Of a stretch of 64,000 nucleotides of DNA, positions 12,306 to 24,612 are shown piece after piece; the stretch's first letter is position 1; every line of letters starts with the position of its first letter. The translations under genes were made by a program, and so were the position numbers. The stretch comes from Cyanophora paradoxa CCMP329 (Eukaryota > Plantae > Glaucophyta), in assembly GCA_004431415.1 (NCBI GenBank), contig QPMI01000141.1, positions 62,001 through 126,000 on the forward strand, given 5' to 3'. The notes beneath the pieces are model-generated. The model did not search any database. It was not told the origin of the DNA and saw nothing but the letters and a program-made list of their open reading frames with translations.

Positions 12306-15300
12306 TCAGCCTTGGGTGGAGCCCCTGCGCTTGGGCGCGGGGGGCCCCTTCCCCTGCCCGTGGCCGTGCCCGGCGGCCTCCTCGAGCTCGGCCGCCGCCG
12401 CCGCCGCCTCCCGCAAATGCCGGTGCGCGTGCAGCGCGTGCGCCCTGCGCCCGCGCGCGCGGAACCGCCGGCTCAGCCATCTAGCGAACGAGAGAACGGC
12501 GGGGCGGGGCGGGCGGGGCGGGTCGCACTGGCGCGTGGCGGGGCCGGGGCCGGGGCCGGGGCCGGGGCCCGTGGGGCAGGACGTCGGGGGCGCGATGCTG
12601 GGCCGCCGCGAGGAGGGCGCCACCTCCCGCGCCTCCTCGTCTGGGCTCAGGCTCCGCCGCCGCCCCTGCCGCATCCCCGGCGGCGCCCGCCCGGCCCGGC
12701 GAGTGCCCGTGGGCCTGGGCGTGGGCGTGGGGAAGGCGGGGCCGTCGCGGGGGCCCGTGCCCGTGCCCGTGCCCCTGCATCCGCTCCGCAGCTCGTGGTC
12801 GGCGCGGAGGGCCCCGGGCGCGGGCGGGGCCGCCGCCGGCCCGGCGCCGGGGCGGAGGCGAAGGCCTCGCGGGTGCGGAGGACGGCCTCGACGGAGCCGT
12901 GGAGCGGGTGCTCGAGCAGCGGGTCGTGCCGCGTCCCGTGCAGCCGCGTCGAGCCCAGCGCCGCCGCCACCGCCCCCAGCGCCGCCGCCGGCGGCGTCAG
13001 CTGCAGCGGCGCCGGCTCCGGCGAGGGCGGCGAGGGCGGGGCGCGGCCGGCGAGGGCGGGCTGGCCCAGGCGCGGCGGGCGGCGGGCCGGCCGGCGAGGG
13101 GGCCCGCCGGAGCCGGAGCGGGAAACGGGCGGCGGCTGCGAGGAAGAGGCGGAGGAGGCGGACTCGAAGGAACGGGAGCGCTCCACGGGGGCCCGCGGCA
13201 CGGGCGGCCGCCCGCCCCGACGCGCTCCGCCGCCCCTCCGACGAGGGCCGGGGAGGGCGCCCGGCCCCGCCCGGCCCCCGCGAAGGGAGGGGGCGAGGAC
13301 TCCCAGGAGGGCACCCGGGCAAGGCGGCGGAGGGAGCGCGAGGGGGAGCCGGCGGCGCTCGGGGAGTTGGGGTCGGCGAGCTTGGGAGAGGGCGTGCCGG
13401 CCCCCGCCGGCGACCCGGCGTCGTCGGCCGGCATCTGGAGTGGGGCCGGCGCCTGCCGGCGCATGGCGGCGGCCGCGGCGGAGGGGCGGCGGAGGGCTCG
13501 TGGAGAGGGAGGCGCGGGCGGAGGGCGAGGGCGGGCGCAGCGCGGCCGGGGCCGGCGCCCGTGCGGACGTCGACGGCGTCGAGCGGCCGCTCTGCGGCGT
13601 GTCGGGCCCGAAGCAGCGACGGCGGCGGCTGTCGCTGCTGCTGCTGCGGCGGCGGCGGCGGCGAGGGAGGCGCGAGAGGAGCGGCGGGCCATGGAGGAGG
13701 GGCGGCCGGGCGAGTCGCCCCCGTCCGTCCCCGCGCTCGACGGCGCCGCCCCGGCGGCGTCGAGGGCGTGGCCGGCGTGCCCGGCGCCGGCCTCCCGGGC
13801 GAGGCGGGCCGCATGGCGGCGCCGCGGCGAGGAGCGGGGGCGGGGGCAGGGGCGAAGACGCGGGCTCGGCGGCCGCCCGGCGGGCCCGAGGCGGGCGAGT
13901 GGGAGTGCCCCGGCGACGAGGTGTCGGAGGCGGCCGCATGGGCGAGCGGGACGGCGAGGGCGAGGGCGCGAGCAGCGCCGCCGGGAGGGAGGGCGGGGCG
14001 AGGCCGGCGGCAACGGGGCGCGCGCAAGGCGGCGGGGGCGCCGGGATAACGGGGGCGTGGCCTGCAGCGATGGAGGCGGCCACGTGCGCCATGGCGGCGG
14101 GGGCGGGGCGGGGGCGGGGGCGGCCCGCGCCGGCGGGTGGCGGCGGGCCCGACGGGGCGGAGGCGGGGCGACCCAGTGGGAGGGGGCCCGCGGCGGGGGC
14201 CCGCGCCCGGGAGGGCGGGTGCGAGCCAGTGGGAGAGGGCGGGTGGGAGCCCGTCGTCGCTGGCGAGGGCGGGTGCGAGCGCTCCGAGGGGCCGGGCCCG
14301 ACGCCTCGGGTTCGGGGCCGGGGTCGCCGCCGGGGCCGGCGGGTTCGCCGGGCGGAGGCGCGGGAGCGGGGGAGGGGGCCCGCTCGGGCACCGGTGGCGC
14401 GCCCGGGGGGCCGGGGCGAGGCGGGGCGAGCGCGGGGCAGACCGAGGCCCGGCATGGAGGGGTGGACCTGGCCGGCTGCGGCGCGGAGGAGGGCGAGACG
14501 GGCGACTGGCGGGGCGCCACGGCGGCCGCATCGCCGGCGAGGGCGGCGCCGACGAGGGGCCGAGGAGGGGGCCGAGGCGGGGCCGACGGGGGGCGGAGGG
14601 CGGGCGGAGGAGGGGCGGAGGGGAAGCCGAGGGGGGCCCGAAGCCGACGCGGAGCGCCCGCCGGCGAACTCGGAGGGCGCCGCCTCCCACTCCTCGTCGC
14701 CGTACCCCCCTCGTCCTCCTCCCCTCCGCCTCGGGGAGCTCCTCGGCCTCGGCGAGGGCCTCGAGGCGGCCGCCGGGCGGCCGGGCCCGACCGGGGTTCT
14801 GCGACGGCCCCGGCCGCCCGGGGCGCCCCGCCCCAGCTCCGACTTGGCGCTCGCCGGGCGCGCGAAGGTCAGCGAGGGGACCGAGGGCGGCACGCCGGGC
14901 GCGGGCCGGCTTGGAGGCCGGGCCGTCCGAGAGGGTGCGCAGGAGCGAGGGCGCGGCCGCCGCCCGCGCCGGCTCGTCCGCCTCCGGCGCGGCGGGCGCC
15001 GGCGCGCGGTGCGCCGCCGCCGTCGTCGGGCGCGCCGTGAAGCGCTTGTCCGAGCCCGTGAAGAAGTCCTGGGGGCCCGGGTTCGAATTCGGCCGGAAAC
15101 ATTTGCAGCGGGGCGGGCGGGGGCGGGACCTGGGACCGGGAGACGGCGAGGGGGAAGGGGTCGGCGGGCCCAGGCACGCCCAAGAAGACCTCTCCGGGGC
15201 GGGCCGCCCGCCGCGCCGCCTCGGGTCCCACCTGCGCGAGCGGGCGCGGGCGGGCGCGTCTCTCAGGCTGGGCCGCGAACGATGGGTTCCGGCGGGAAGA

Positions 15301-17309
15301 GGCGCGCTCGCCTTGGTGGGGTTGTCGCAGAGGAGGGTCTCGAGGGGCCCCGCGGGGCGGGCGGCGAGGGCGGCGGCGAGGGGCCCGAGGTTGTAGAGGC
15401 GGCTGTTGCTGACGTCGAGGGCGGTGAGGGGCGGCAGCGCCCCCGCGAGGAGCCCCGCGAGGGGCTCTAGGTCGGGCGGGCGCAGGGCCTCGCCCATCCC
15501 GCAGTGGCCCGTGTCGACGTTGCCGCCGAGGAGCAGGGCGCGCAGCGCGGGGGCGCCCCCCGCCAGCGCCCCGCACAGCCCCGCCACGTCCTCCAGCTTC
15601 CTGCGGCGCCGCGGCTCGCGTCCAGGAGGGGGGTACGCGATCTCGGCTCGGGGGGGGGTACGCGCCCGTTGCGGGAGAGGTCGAGGGTGGCGAGGGCGGG
15701 GTGGCCCCGCACCGCCGCCGCGATCGGCGCCACGGAGCGCAGGTCGTTGCAGCTCTGCGGGGGTACGGGTTGGAGGGGAGGGGAAGGAGCGGGGGAGGGG
15801 TACGCACGAGGTCGAGGGCGGTGAGGGCGGCGTTGGTGGCGAGTCCGGAGCAGAGGGCGGCGAGGAGGCGCGGGGCGGCGAGCGCCGGCTCCAGGCGGGG
15901 CCCCCGCCTCGCGCACCACGTGCCCGCGAGCCGCAGCGTCCTCAGCGGCCGGCAGCCGCCGTCGCAGAGGGCCGCCGCCAGCGCCGAGACCTGCGCGCAG
16001 GCCCGCCGTTGGGATGCGTTAAGACTCCGTTGGGCGGGGCGGGCGCGGGCTGCTTTGCGCAGGGCGCACGACGCCGTCGCCCATGGCGTTGGCGGAGAGG
16101 TCCAGCGCCTCCAGGGCCGAGGCGCCCCGCAGCGCCGCCCCCAGCCGCCCCGCCGCGGAGACCGGCACGGCCTCGGAGCGGAGGCCCGTGACGCGCGCCG
16201 CCGCGATCCGCCGCAGCCGCCCCGCCTCCACCAGCGCCGCCAGCGCCGGCGCGAACCCGTACAGCGTGTTCCCGCTCACGTCCAGCGCCTGCGCGAGGGA
16301 GGGACGACTCAGGAGAGGGCGGGCGGCAGCGCCTCAGCGGAGAGGGGGGCGCGCCGTGAGGGTCGGGTGGCGGAGGAGGGCGCGGTAGAAGGGGTCGGAC
16401 CCCGAGGGGTCCGTCCCCGCGACGATGCCGCAGTTGGCGAGGGAGAGGGAGGTCAAGTGCGGCAGGGAGGCGGCGGAGGCGGCGAGGAGGGCGTGGGCGC
16501 CGACGGCGCGGGCGGCGGTGCCGGAGACGTCAAGCGCGGCGAGCTCAGAGAGGCCCGCCAGGGCTGTGGCGAGGTCCCCGAAATCACCCGCCCCCGCCTC
16601 GAACCGCGGGGGTCGGCCCCCTGCCCGCGTGCGCTTCCAGTCAGCGGGCGGGGCGGGGCGGGGGAGCGGGGGCGGACCTGCGGCGTAGGAGAGGCCGCGG
16701 AGCTCGCCGGGGAGGAGCAGGGTCTTGAGGCGGGGGCAGGCGGCGAGGGCGGCGCAGAGGTCGGGCACGGGGCAGCTCCCGAGGACGAGGGCCGCCGCCT
16801 CGAGGCGGGGCCCCGCGAGGCCGGCGAGGCGCCGCAGGAAGGCGGGGCCCACGCAGGCCGCGTTCGTCACGCACAGCTTCGTCCAGCCCGCCGCGTCCGC
16901 GTCCACGGCCTCGCGGAAGGCCCGCGAGACCAGCCTGCCGGCCGGCGCGCGTCGGAGGCCACGTCACGGCCGGCCGCGGGCTCGATATGAAGCGAGCGGG
17001 AGCCGCGGGCCATTGGGTGGCGCGTCCGCAGCTTCCAGTCTCTATCGCTTGCGGCATATACTGCACGGGGCCGGCGCACCGCAGCTGGATGCATTGCAAC
17101 TTGTTAACCCGCGCGACGAAGTGGATAACCCGGGCGACGATCGCCGGTGCGGTGGCAATGGATGTGAAACCATCCTCTTGTGCAGCTAGACTGCATGGCA
17201 ACGGCTGGGCCGCACCGCCCTGCGCGGGGGTTAAGCGGGGTAGCGTCAAACAGGTGCGCCCGATCGGACGCACGGATTCTGCGGCTGGGGATGTCAACGC
17301 CCCAGGCAT
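12306..17309 (-). CDS. RNI-like leucine-rich repeat protein with possible F-box-like N-terminus and long Pro/Ala/Ser-rich C-terminus
   Basis: Repeated LxxLDLSxN motifs (LAALDVSGT, LTSLSLANC, LEALDLSAN, LATLDLSRN, LRALLLGGN, LTALDVSNS); RLVSRAFREAV...W near the N-terminus; ends approximate. Confidence 0.65.
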
Positions 17310-17746
17310 CTATTGCGAGCCCCCACGAGGCTCGCGGCGGCAGTTCGGGCGCCAGATCACTAAGCCTTTGAAGGACCTTCTACCCCCAACGTAGATCATC
17401 TCATCTACCCCGGCTCACAGGCTGTTACTTGCTGCGGCCGCCGCTGCCATCCCCGCAGCAGGTGCGATGGCGAGGTCTGACTTTAGAGCGCATGTGCTAG
17501 GAGTTCTGGCATAATCCGGGAAGCTCCGGCGCCGCGCTGCTCGCAGACCTCCGCTGGGCCGCGCCGGCTCATTTCCTTCGCAGGATCGGTACTATGGAGC
17601 ACAGGCGTCCGCGCAGGCGTGCCCAGCCCGGCCGGCGTGACCACGCCCCCCTGGCGTTCTCCGCCGCCGCCAACAGTGCGGACGGTCCGCCCGGTTGCCC
17701 ATTTTTGCCGCAACGCATGCAACTCTCTAGCGTGAATTCGAAATGC

Positions 17747-20215
17747 ATGGCCTCGCGCGTGCACGGGGACGCCGGCCGGCGCGCGGCCGCCGAGCCATCT
17801 CCGAGTCTGACGCGCGCGCCGCGCAGCAGGGCTCCGGGAGGTGAAGAGGGCCGTCGCGGAGGCGCAGCAGCGGGCCGGGAGGGCCCTCGCCTCGGCGGCG
17901 CGGGGCGCGATGGAGCGGCGGCCGCGCCTGAGCTTCGGCCGGCCCGCGATGGCGCTCGGCCTGCCGGCCTTCCAGGCGGCCACCTCCTCGGCGGGCGAGG
18001 CGAGCCGGCCCTGCGGGAACGCGGCGGAGTGCGCGCAGTTCGAGAAGCTGCAGCGGGAGGAGCTGCTGACGAAGCTGCGGCTCGCGGAGGGCGAGAAGCA
18101 GTTCGGGGCCATCCCCGGCTGGCAGGCCTTCTCCATCTCCTTCCTCGCCCCCATGCTCGCCTCCTCCCTCACGATGTACCCCCCTCGCCACCGCTGTCGC
18201 CCCCCTCGCCCCTCCGCCCACCCCTCGCTCGCAGCCCGCTGGACGTGTCGCGCACGCGGATGCAGCTGCAGGGGGACGTCGCGGGGGGCTCCCCCAGGAT
18301 CTACGCCAACGCCATCGACTGCATCTACCAGGCCCGCCGTGGCACTCGAGCCCGGGCTCGAGCTCGCGGGCTGAGCGCGCCCCCGCAGATCGCGAAGCAC
18401 GAGGGCGTCAAGGGCCTCACCCGCGGCATGCCCGTGCAGGCGAGCCGCCCGCCCCGCCCCTCCCGGCGCTTGGATGGAGACCCCACCGTTCTTACTTTGC
18501 CCCGCTGCGCCCGCCGCCGCCTCAGGTGCTGCGCGAGACGACGGTGAACGTGTTCAAGCTGGGGCTCTACGACCCGATCCTGCGGGTGGTCAACCGGGGA
18601 GGGCACACGGACGGCAAGCACGCGCCGATCGCCAAGCGCCTCGTCGCCGGCGCCCTCTGCGGCGCCATCGGCTCCTTCGCCGCCAACCCCCTCGACATCG
18701 TCAAGACCCGCACCCAGGCGCCCGCGCGCGCCGCACCGCCCTGCTTCTCCCGCCCGCCCGCCGCTTACGTCCCGTCCCTCTGTGCCCCTCAGGCGGCGGG
18801 GGAGCAGCCGCCGAGCGCCGTCTACGTCGTGAAGCACGTCGTCAAGTCTCAGGGCGCCAAGGCCCTGTGGAAGGGCGCCGTCCCCAACATGGCCTCCACC
18901 GCCGGTGCCTGGCCGCCCCGCAGCCCCTCCCGCGGCCCCTGCCCCCGCCGACCGCGCCCCCCGCAGTCTCCTCCGCCGTGATGCTCACCGCGTACTCCAC
19001 CGCGCGCGACTTCCTCAAGGGCAAGATCGTCGAAGAGGGTACCCCCCTTCCTTTCCCCCCCCCTTTACACCCCCTTCTCATGAGGCGTGCGTCGCCGCAG
19101 GCCCGCGGCTGGACATCACGTGCTCGCTCGTCGGGGCCGTCCTCTCCACCATAGTCATCAACCCGCTGGTACCCCCCTCCCCTTGCCGCCAGCCCCGCCC
19201 AGCGCAGCGAGCCCCCTCCCACCCCCCCCTCCCCCAACGCCGCACCCCGGCAGGTGGTGGTGAAGACGCGGGTGCACGCGACGCTGAAGAAGGCGGGGGC
19301 GGCGCTGGCCCCCCTCGCGGTCGCCCAGGACATCCTCTCCCGCGAGGGCGCCCTCGGTGCCCGCCCCCGCGAGCGCGAGCGCGAGCGCCGCTCCCCCGCT
19401 AAGGCGGGAGTCCGAGCGCAGGCTTCTTCAAGGGCACGTCGGCGGCGCTGCTCATGCGCGTCCCCAACCAGATCCTCATCTTCTCGTGCGGCCCCTGTAC
19501 CCCCCGCGGGCCTCGACCCCCCCCCCCCTCCCCGAAGCGAACCGGGCGGCAGGTTCCTGGAGAAGATGCGGCGGGCGCTGAAGAAGCGGGCGGAGACGAA
19601 GGACCAGGCGGACCGCCTGCGCGCCCTCTTCGACAGGCTCGACATCGACAAGAGCGGCGCCATCGACGTGCCCGCGCCCCCGCCACCCATCTTCTCCTTG
19701 CTCTGAGGCCGAGCCTCGCGCAGGCGATGGAGCTGCTGCTGGCGTACGTGGCGGCGACGCCGCGGACGCCGGCGCAGTCGGACGCGGAGGTCGTGCGCGC
19801 CGCGATGGAGTCGGCCGAGGCGATGATGCGGCGGGCCGACAAGGACGGCGACCGCCAGATGTCCTACCCCGAGTTCCTCGCGGTGGCCCCCGAGCTGGAG
19901 AAGATGGCGCAGCGCTCCCTCCGCCTCGCCGCCTTCCGGGCCATCGACGCCGACCACAACGGCACGCTCTCCCCCGCCGACCTCGAGGACGCCGTCCACC
20001 GCCTCGCGCCGCTCTCGGCGTCGCACCTGCCGCCCGACGAGTACGAGAGCCTCGTGCGGGTGGGCGTGCGGGAGCTGCTGAGGAAGGCGGACACGAACGG
20101 GGACGGGCGCATCTCCTTCGAGGAGTTCGACGCCGTCGTCGACGGCATGCACGAGCTCCGCGACGCCCGCGGCCTCGCCGCCTGGGCCCGCTCCCGCGCC
20201 CTCACCGCCAACTAG
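17747..20215 (+). CDS. Mitochondrial carrier (SLC25, UCP/oxaloacetate-carrier-like) fused to four C-terminal EF-hands
   Basis: Three carrier repeats PLDVSRTRMQLQG, PLDIVKTRTQ and PLVVVKTR; LRETTVNVFKLGLYDPI; then EF loops DIDKSGAID, DKDGDRQMSYPE, DADHNGTLSPAD and DTNGDGRISFEE; start codon inferred. Confidence 0.85.
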
Positions 20216-21087
20216 CACCCCAGACGATAGCCGTGTAGCTTGCCCTAGAGCCTAGGCAGAGATGCCGTGTAGAGCAGCCGCCCGCGCCGCGCCGCGCACC
20301 CGCTTTTCAATACCGTTTTTGACCGTAGATCTAGGCCGCATGTGTGTATTCTGTAGCTGATTTCAAAGAGCGACATGTGTTCAAACTCCCGGAGTCCCCG
20401 GCCCGCGCCGCGGCCCCCGACGCCAGGCCGGGGCGCCTGGCCACCGCGGCATGCGACTCTCAGGCCCCGCGGCAGCACTAGCTCGCCGGTCGACGTCCTC
20501 GCGATCAAGAGGGCCGGGGAGCGGGGGAAAGGGGGGGGGGGGGGGGGGCGGAGGGGGGGGGGCGGGCGATCAAAAGGGCGCCGGGGGAGGCCGGCCGGGG
20601 GGCCGGGGCGGTACCGGTGCGTACATGGATGTGCATGCGCATATGCATGCACAGCTGCAGCATGCGCACTAGTACTGCAGCAATTGCGCATGCAAGCGCT
20701 GCAGCTGCAGCTGCGCATGCGACAGCTATATATATTCTTAACGAGCGCGAGCCTCGGAGCTGCCAGGCTGCTGGTCATGAACACATTTACATTCATGATG
20801 CAAACGCATCGACAAAAACACTAGACACGAGTATAAACACAGTCACAGATCTAGACAGAGAAAGTAGTGAACAGCATCGATATCGAGGACAAGGGGCAGT
20901 ATTTACAAGGGGGAAATGCGACAATCTGTACACACACTCTGGCGGCCGAGCGGCCGCCTTGTTTTTGAAAGAGCCGTCCAGAAAAGACGGTCGAGGGCCG
21001 ATCTCGGATGCAAGGAGGGGCAGAGTGGCGCAGGCCCCTCTAGGCCCGCAGCTGCAGACGAGGCCCGCGGAGGGGGCCGGCGCGAGC

Positions 21088-22133
21088 TCAGAGGGTCTGC
21101 TCGTGGAAGCGGCCCTTGTAGACCGCCTCGCCGGCCAGCCGGAGGAAGATGAACTGGCAGATCTTCGTGCCTGCGCATGCGCGAGGGGCTTGAGAGACCG
21201 ATGGGATGGAAAGAAGGGCGGGAGCTTTGTGGGCGCTCCGCGGACCCGGGTAGAGGGCCACGGTGTTCGGCGAGCCGTTGTAGATCTCGAGGACCTGCCG
21301 GTTGTTGATGCCGGGCTGCATGAAGCCCGCCGTCACCTGCGCGCGCCGCGCGCGCGAGAGAGAGAGAGAGAGGGAGGGAGAGAGGTCAGGACCGGCGCAG
21401 CGCATAGCTGAGTGAGGATTGACCGAAATTAAGCGCACATGAATGAAAATGCCCATCCTCGCGAAGCGGGAGCGGCCCTCCAGCAGCCCGCACATATTCG
21501 AAGGAAGGGAAACGCGTTCCGCTGCGGAAGCGGTCGGAAACCGGCGTGAAAAGAAAGAAAAGAGAAGAAAGCACCCGTAATCCCCAAGCATAACTGTCCC
21601 GGGGGCAGCAAGAAAGGCATGCCCTCTGCCAAAGTGACGGTGTCGGTGAACTCCTTGTAATCGACATCGTCCCTAATGGCGATGGGATCGCTTGTTCTCC
21701 TGAAGACTCTGAACTCTGCGCGAAGACCCTACTTAGCGACAGCGCGGGCCCACTCGGCACTACGAAGGGCCACCGGTCCGCGCGCGCAGACACGGCGCCG
21801 GCAGCAGCGTGCCGTATGACATTAGAATAAGCATGAGCGCACCATTCCCGAGCGTCAGGTCGACACTTTCCCAGCACGAGCACGTCAGAATAGGAAAGTG
21901 TACGTACGGCGCTGGCAACTCGGCTCGGCGCACCTTGCAGCGCCAACAGCTGTCGGGTTTATAGAAGGCTCAATGCGGACGATCTGAGAGAATTGTCGGA
22001 CGTGCGCCAGCGGAGGGCAAAACGGCGCAGCGCGCACCCCCTCGGCGAGGGCCTTGCGGATCTCCTCCTGCCCCAGCACGGCTCCGTGCGCGCTGAGTTC
22101 CACGTGGGCGAAGTCTCCGACGGCGGGCGGCAT
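21088..22133 (-). CDS. dcd: dCTP deaminase (prokaryote-type Dcd, trimeric dUTPase superfamily), intron-containing
   Basis: Spliced AASVDLTLGNEFRVF, LPPGQLCLGIT, ERVSLP...EGRSRFARMGIFIHVTAGFMQPG...VLEIYN...LYPGTKICQFIF...YKGRF; includes a 23-nt micro-exon. Confidence 0.9.
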
Positions 22134-22309
22134 TTCTTGGGTCGGACTTGGGGTACGTGTACGGGATTACGCGCCGTACCCCGGCTGCGAACAAAGCCCC
22201 TTCGCAAGGCTGCAAAGCGATCGCGGCTGTCTGATCCCCTAGAAAGCCCCAGTTTCCTCTAGCATGCAGTAAACGTTCATCCGCGAGCACCAAAGTAGCT
22301 GCTGTGTCG

Positions 22310-24612
22310 ATGGCTGTCCCCGGGGAGGTCGAATGGCGGCTCAGCCAAGCCTTCACGGAGAAGCGGCCCGGGGAGCTGACCGAAGGTTCGCAAGCGGTTT
22401 CGGATGGGACGGGTCGGGAGATCGGCCTGCGTCCGCCCGATTTGCGCTTGACGAGTGTCCCCTGCGAAGGCGATCCGATCACTGCGGTGGAGTTCGACGA
22501 GACAGGCGACTACATCGCGACTGGTGATAAGGGAGGGCGCGTCGTGATCTATGAGCGATCGAACAAGGAGCCGAAGGTGCAGCTCCCCGATTTTGCGTAC
22601 ATTTCGGCTTCCTGATGCGGGGGCCCTTGCGGACAGGCTGGGCCTTCAGACCTTCGAAGGTCAATAGGATTGATGAACAACAAGCCGCAGAGCATTCCAG
22701 AGTACAAGAGATACACGGACTACCTCAGCCACGAGCCTGAGTTCGACTACCTGAAGAGCTTAGAGATTGAGGAGAAGATCAACAAGATCAAGTTTTGCAA
22801 GCGAACGTCGGGGGCTCTGTTGTTGCTCACCACGAACGGTGCGACCCCCGCCCACCCGGGACGATTGCCCCGATATCTGCCGCGTACGCGTGCGTCTGCC
22901 CTTGCTCACGGGCCTCCCGCAGACAAAACAATCAAGCTCTGGAAGGTTAATGAAAAGCGGTTGAAAACGGTGACCACGAATCACCTGGACACGAACGGCG
23001 TGGCTCCTGGCCGGCCACCGCACCCGTCCCAGCTGCGGCTGCCCCGCGTCAGCTTTGGAGAGCTGCTCCCGCACGCGATGCCTCGGCGTGTATTCGCGAA
23101 CGCGCACGCGTACCATGTCAACTCCATATCCCTCAATAGCGACGGCGAGACGTACATCTCATCCGATGACCTCCGGATCAATCTCTGGAACCTCAACATC
23201 ACCGACCAGTCCTTCAGTGCGTTCTTGTCTCGCCTCCGCCCCGCGATCGGCCGGATCGGGCGGATCGGGGACCCCCAGCGCGCATCCCTAGCTTTCCGAT
23301 CGAGCGTTTCCGAGTTCCCCGGGACTCCCGGCCGGGGGCTTCGCTTCGCTCTGTTTCGGACGCTCACACTTGCGTGCCCGCCCGCAGACATCGTGGACAT
23401 CAAGCCGGCCAACATGGAGGATCTCACGGAAGTCATCACGTCGGCAGAGTTTCACCCACACCACTGTAATATATTTATGTACAGCAGCAGTAGGGGTAGC
23501 GTGAAACTCGCCGATATGCGGCAAGCTGCGCTGTGCGATCAGCACGCGAAAGGTTCGCTTTCGTCCCCGGCCGCACCCCGGCCAGCGGCGGCTGACCTGG
23601 TCCTCGTCCAGTTTTTGAAGAGGAGGAGGATCCCGGTTCGAAGAGCTTCTTTTCGGAGATTATCGCGTCGATATCGGACGTTAAGTTCTCCCGCGACGGC
23701 CGCTACATCCTGTCCCGCGACTACATGACCCTCAAGGTGCCGCCCGCGCCGCCGCCGCGCCGCACCGCGCGGCCGCCGCTCAGCCCGGCGTCCGCTGTCA
23801 GATATGGGACTTGAACATGGAGAACAAGCCGGTGAAGACCATCCCCATCCACGAGCAGCTTCGGCCGAAGGCGAGCCCGCTTTCCTTCCTCCGCCCCGCC
23901 CTTCCGTCCGCCCCATCCATCCGTCGTCCACTAGTCCCCTCCGGTCCAACGCTAACGATCCCTATTCCTTTTCTCTCCCAGCCCAGTCCTTTCTTAGCCG
24001 CCCGCCCCTCCGGTCCCTCCTCCTTTCCCTGTCCCTCCGGCTCCCGTCTCACCCGCCCGCCCCGCGCAGCTGTGCGACCTGTACGAGAACGACTGCATCT
24101 TCGACAAGTTCGAGTGCGCGTTCTCGCACGACGGGAAGTGCGTGTCGACACGCCCGCGCGCCCCGCCCGGCGTCGCGCCCGCCCTGATTCGCCCGGGGCC
24201 CGCCCGCAGCTACGTGCTCACGGGCTCTTACAACGACTTCTTCCACGTGTACGACCGGCACGGCCGCACCGACGCGTGCATGGAGGCGAGCAAGGGCCCC
24301 CCCAAGAACAAGGTACAGGCGAGCGGCGGCGCTCGGGGCGGGTCGCGGGCCCGCCGCGGCGCCTGACGTTCCCCAGCAGCGCGCGTCGAGCAGCAAGGGC
24401 AAGCTGGGCCTGCGCATCAAGAAGGGCAAGGGCTCGGACGAGCCCAGCCTCGAGAACCTCGACTACGCGAAGAAGGTGCCGCCCCCGCGCTTAGCCCCGC
24501 CCGGCCCTGCGCCGACGCCGCGTCCGGCCAGATCCTGCACGTCTCGTGGCACCCGCACACGAACGTGCTGGCAGTGAGCGCGCAGAACTCGCTCTATGTC
24601 TACACACAGTAG
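22310..24612 (+). CDS. PPP2R2: Protein phosphatase 2A regulatory subunit B55 (B/PR55/CDC55)
   Basis: [101 protein letters not shown]. Confidence 0.97.

Noticed and set aside
12123-15470. 1115-aa plus-strand ORF and many similar long Arg/Gly/Pro-rich ORFs
   Set aside because: Stop-poor shadow frames of very GC-rich DNA; the recognisable LRR motifs are on the minus strand
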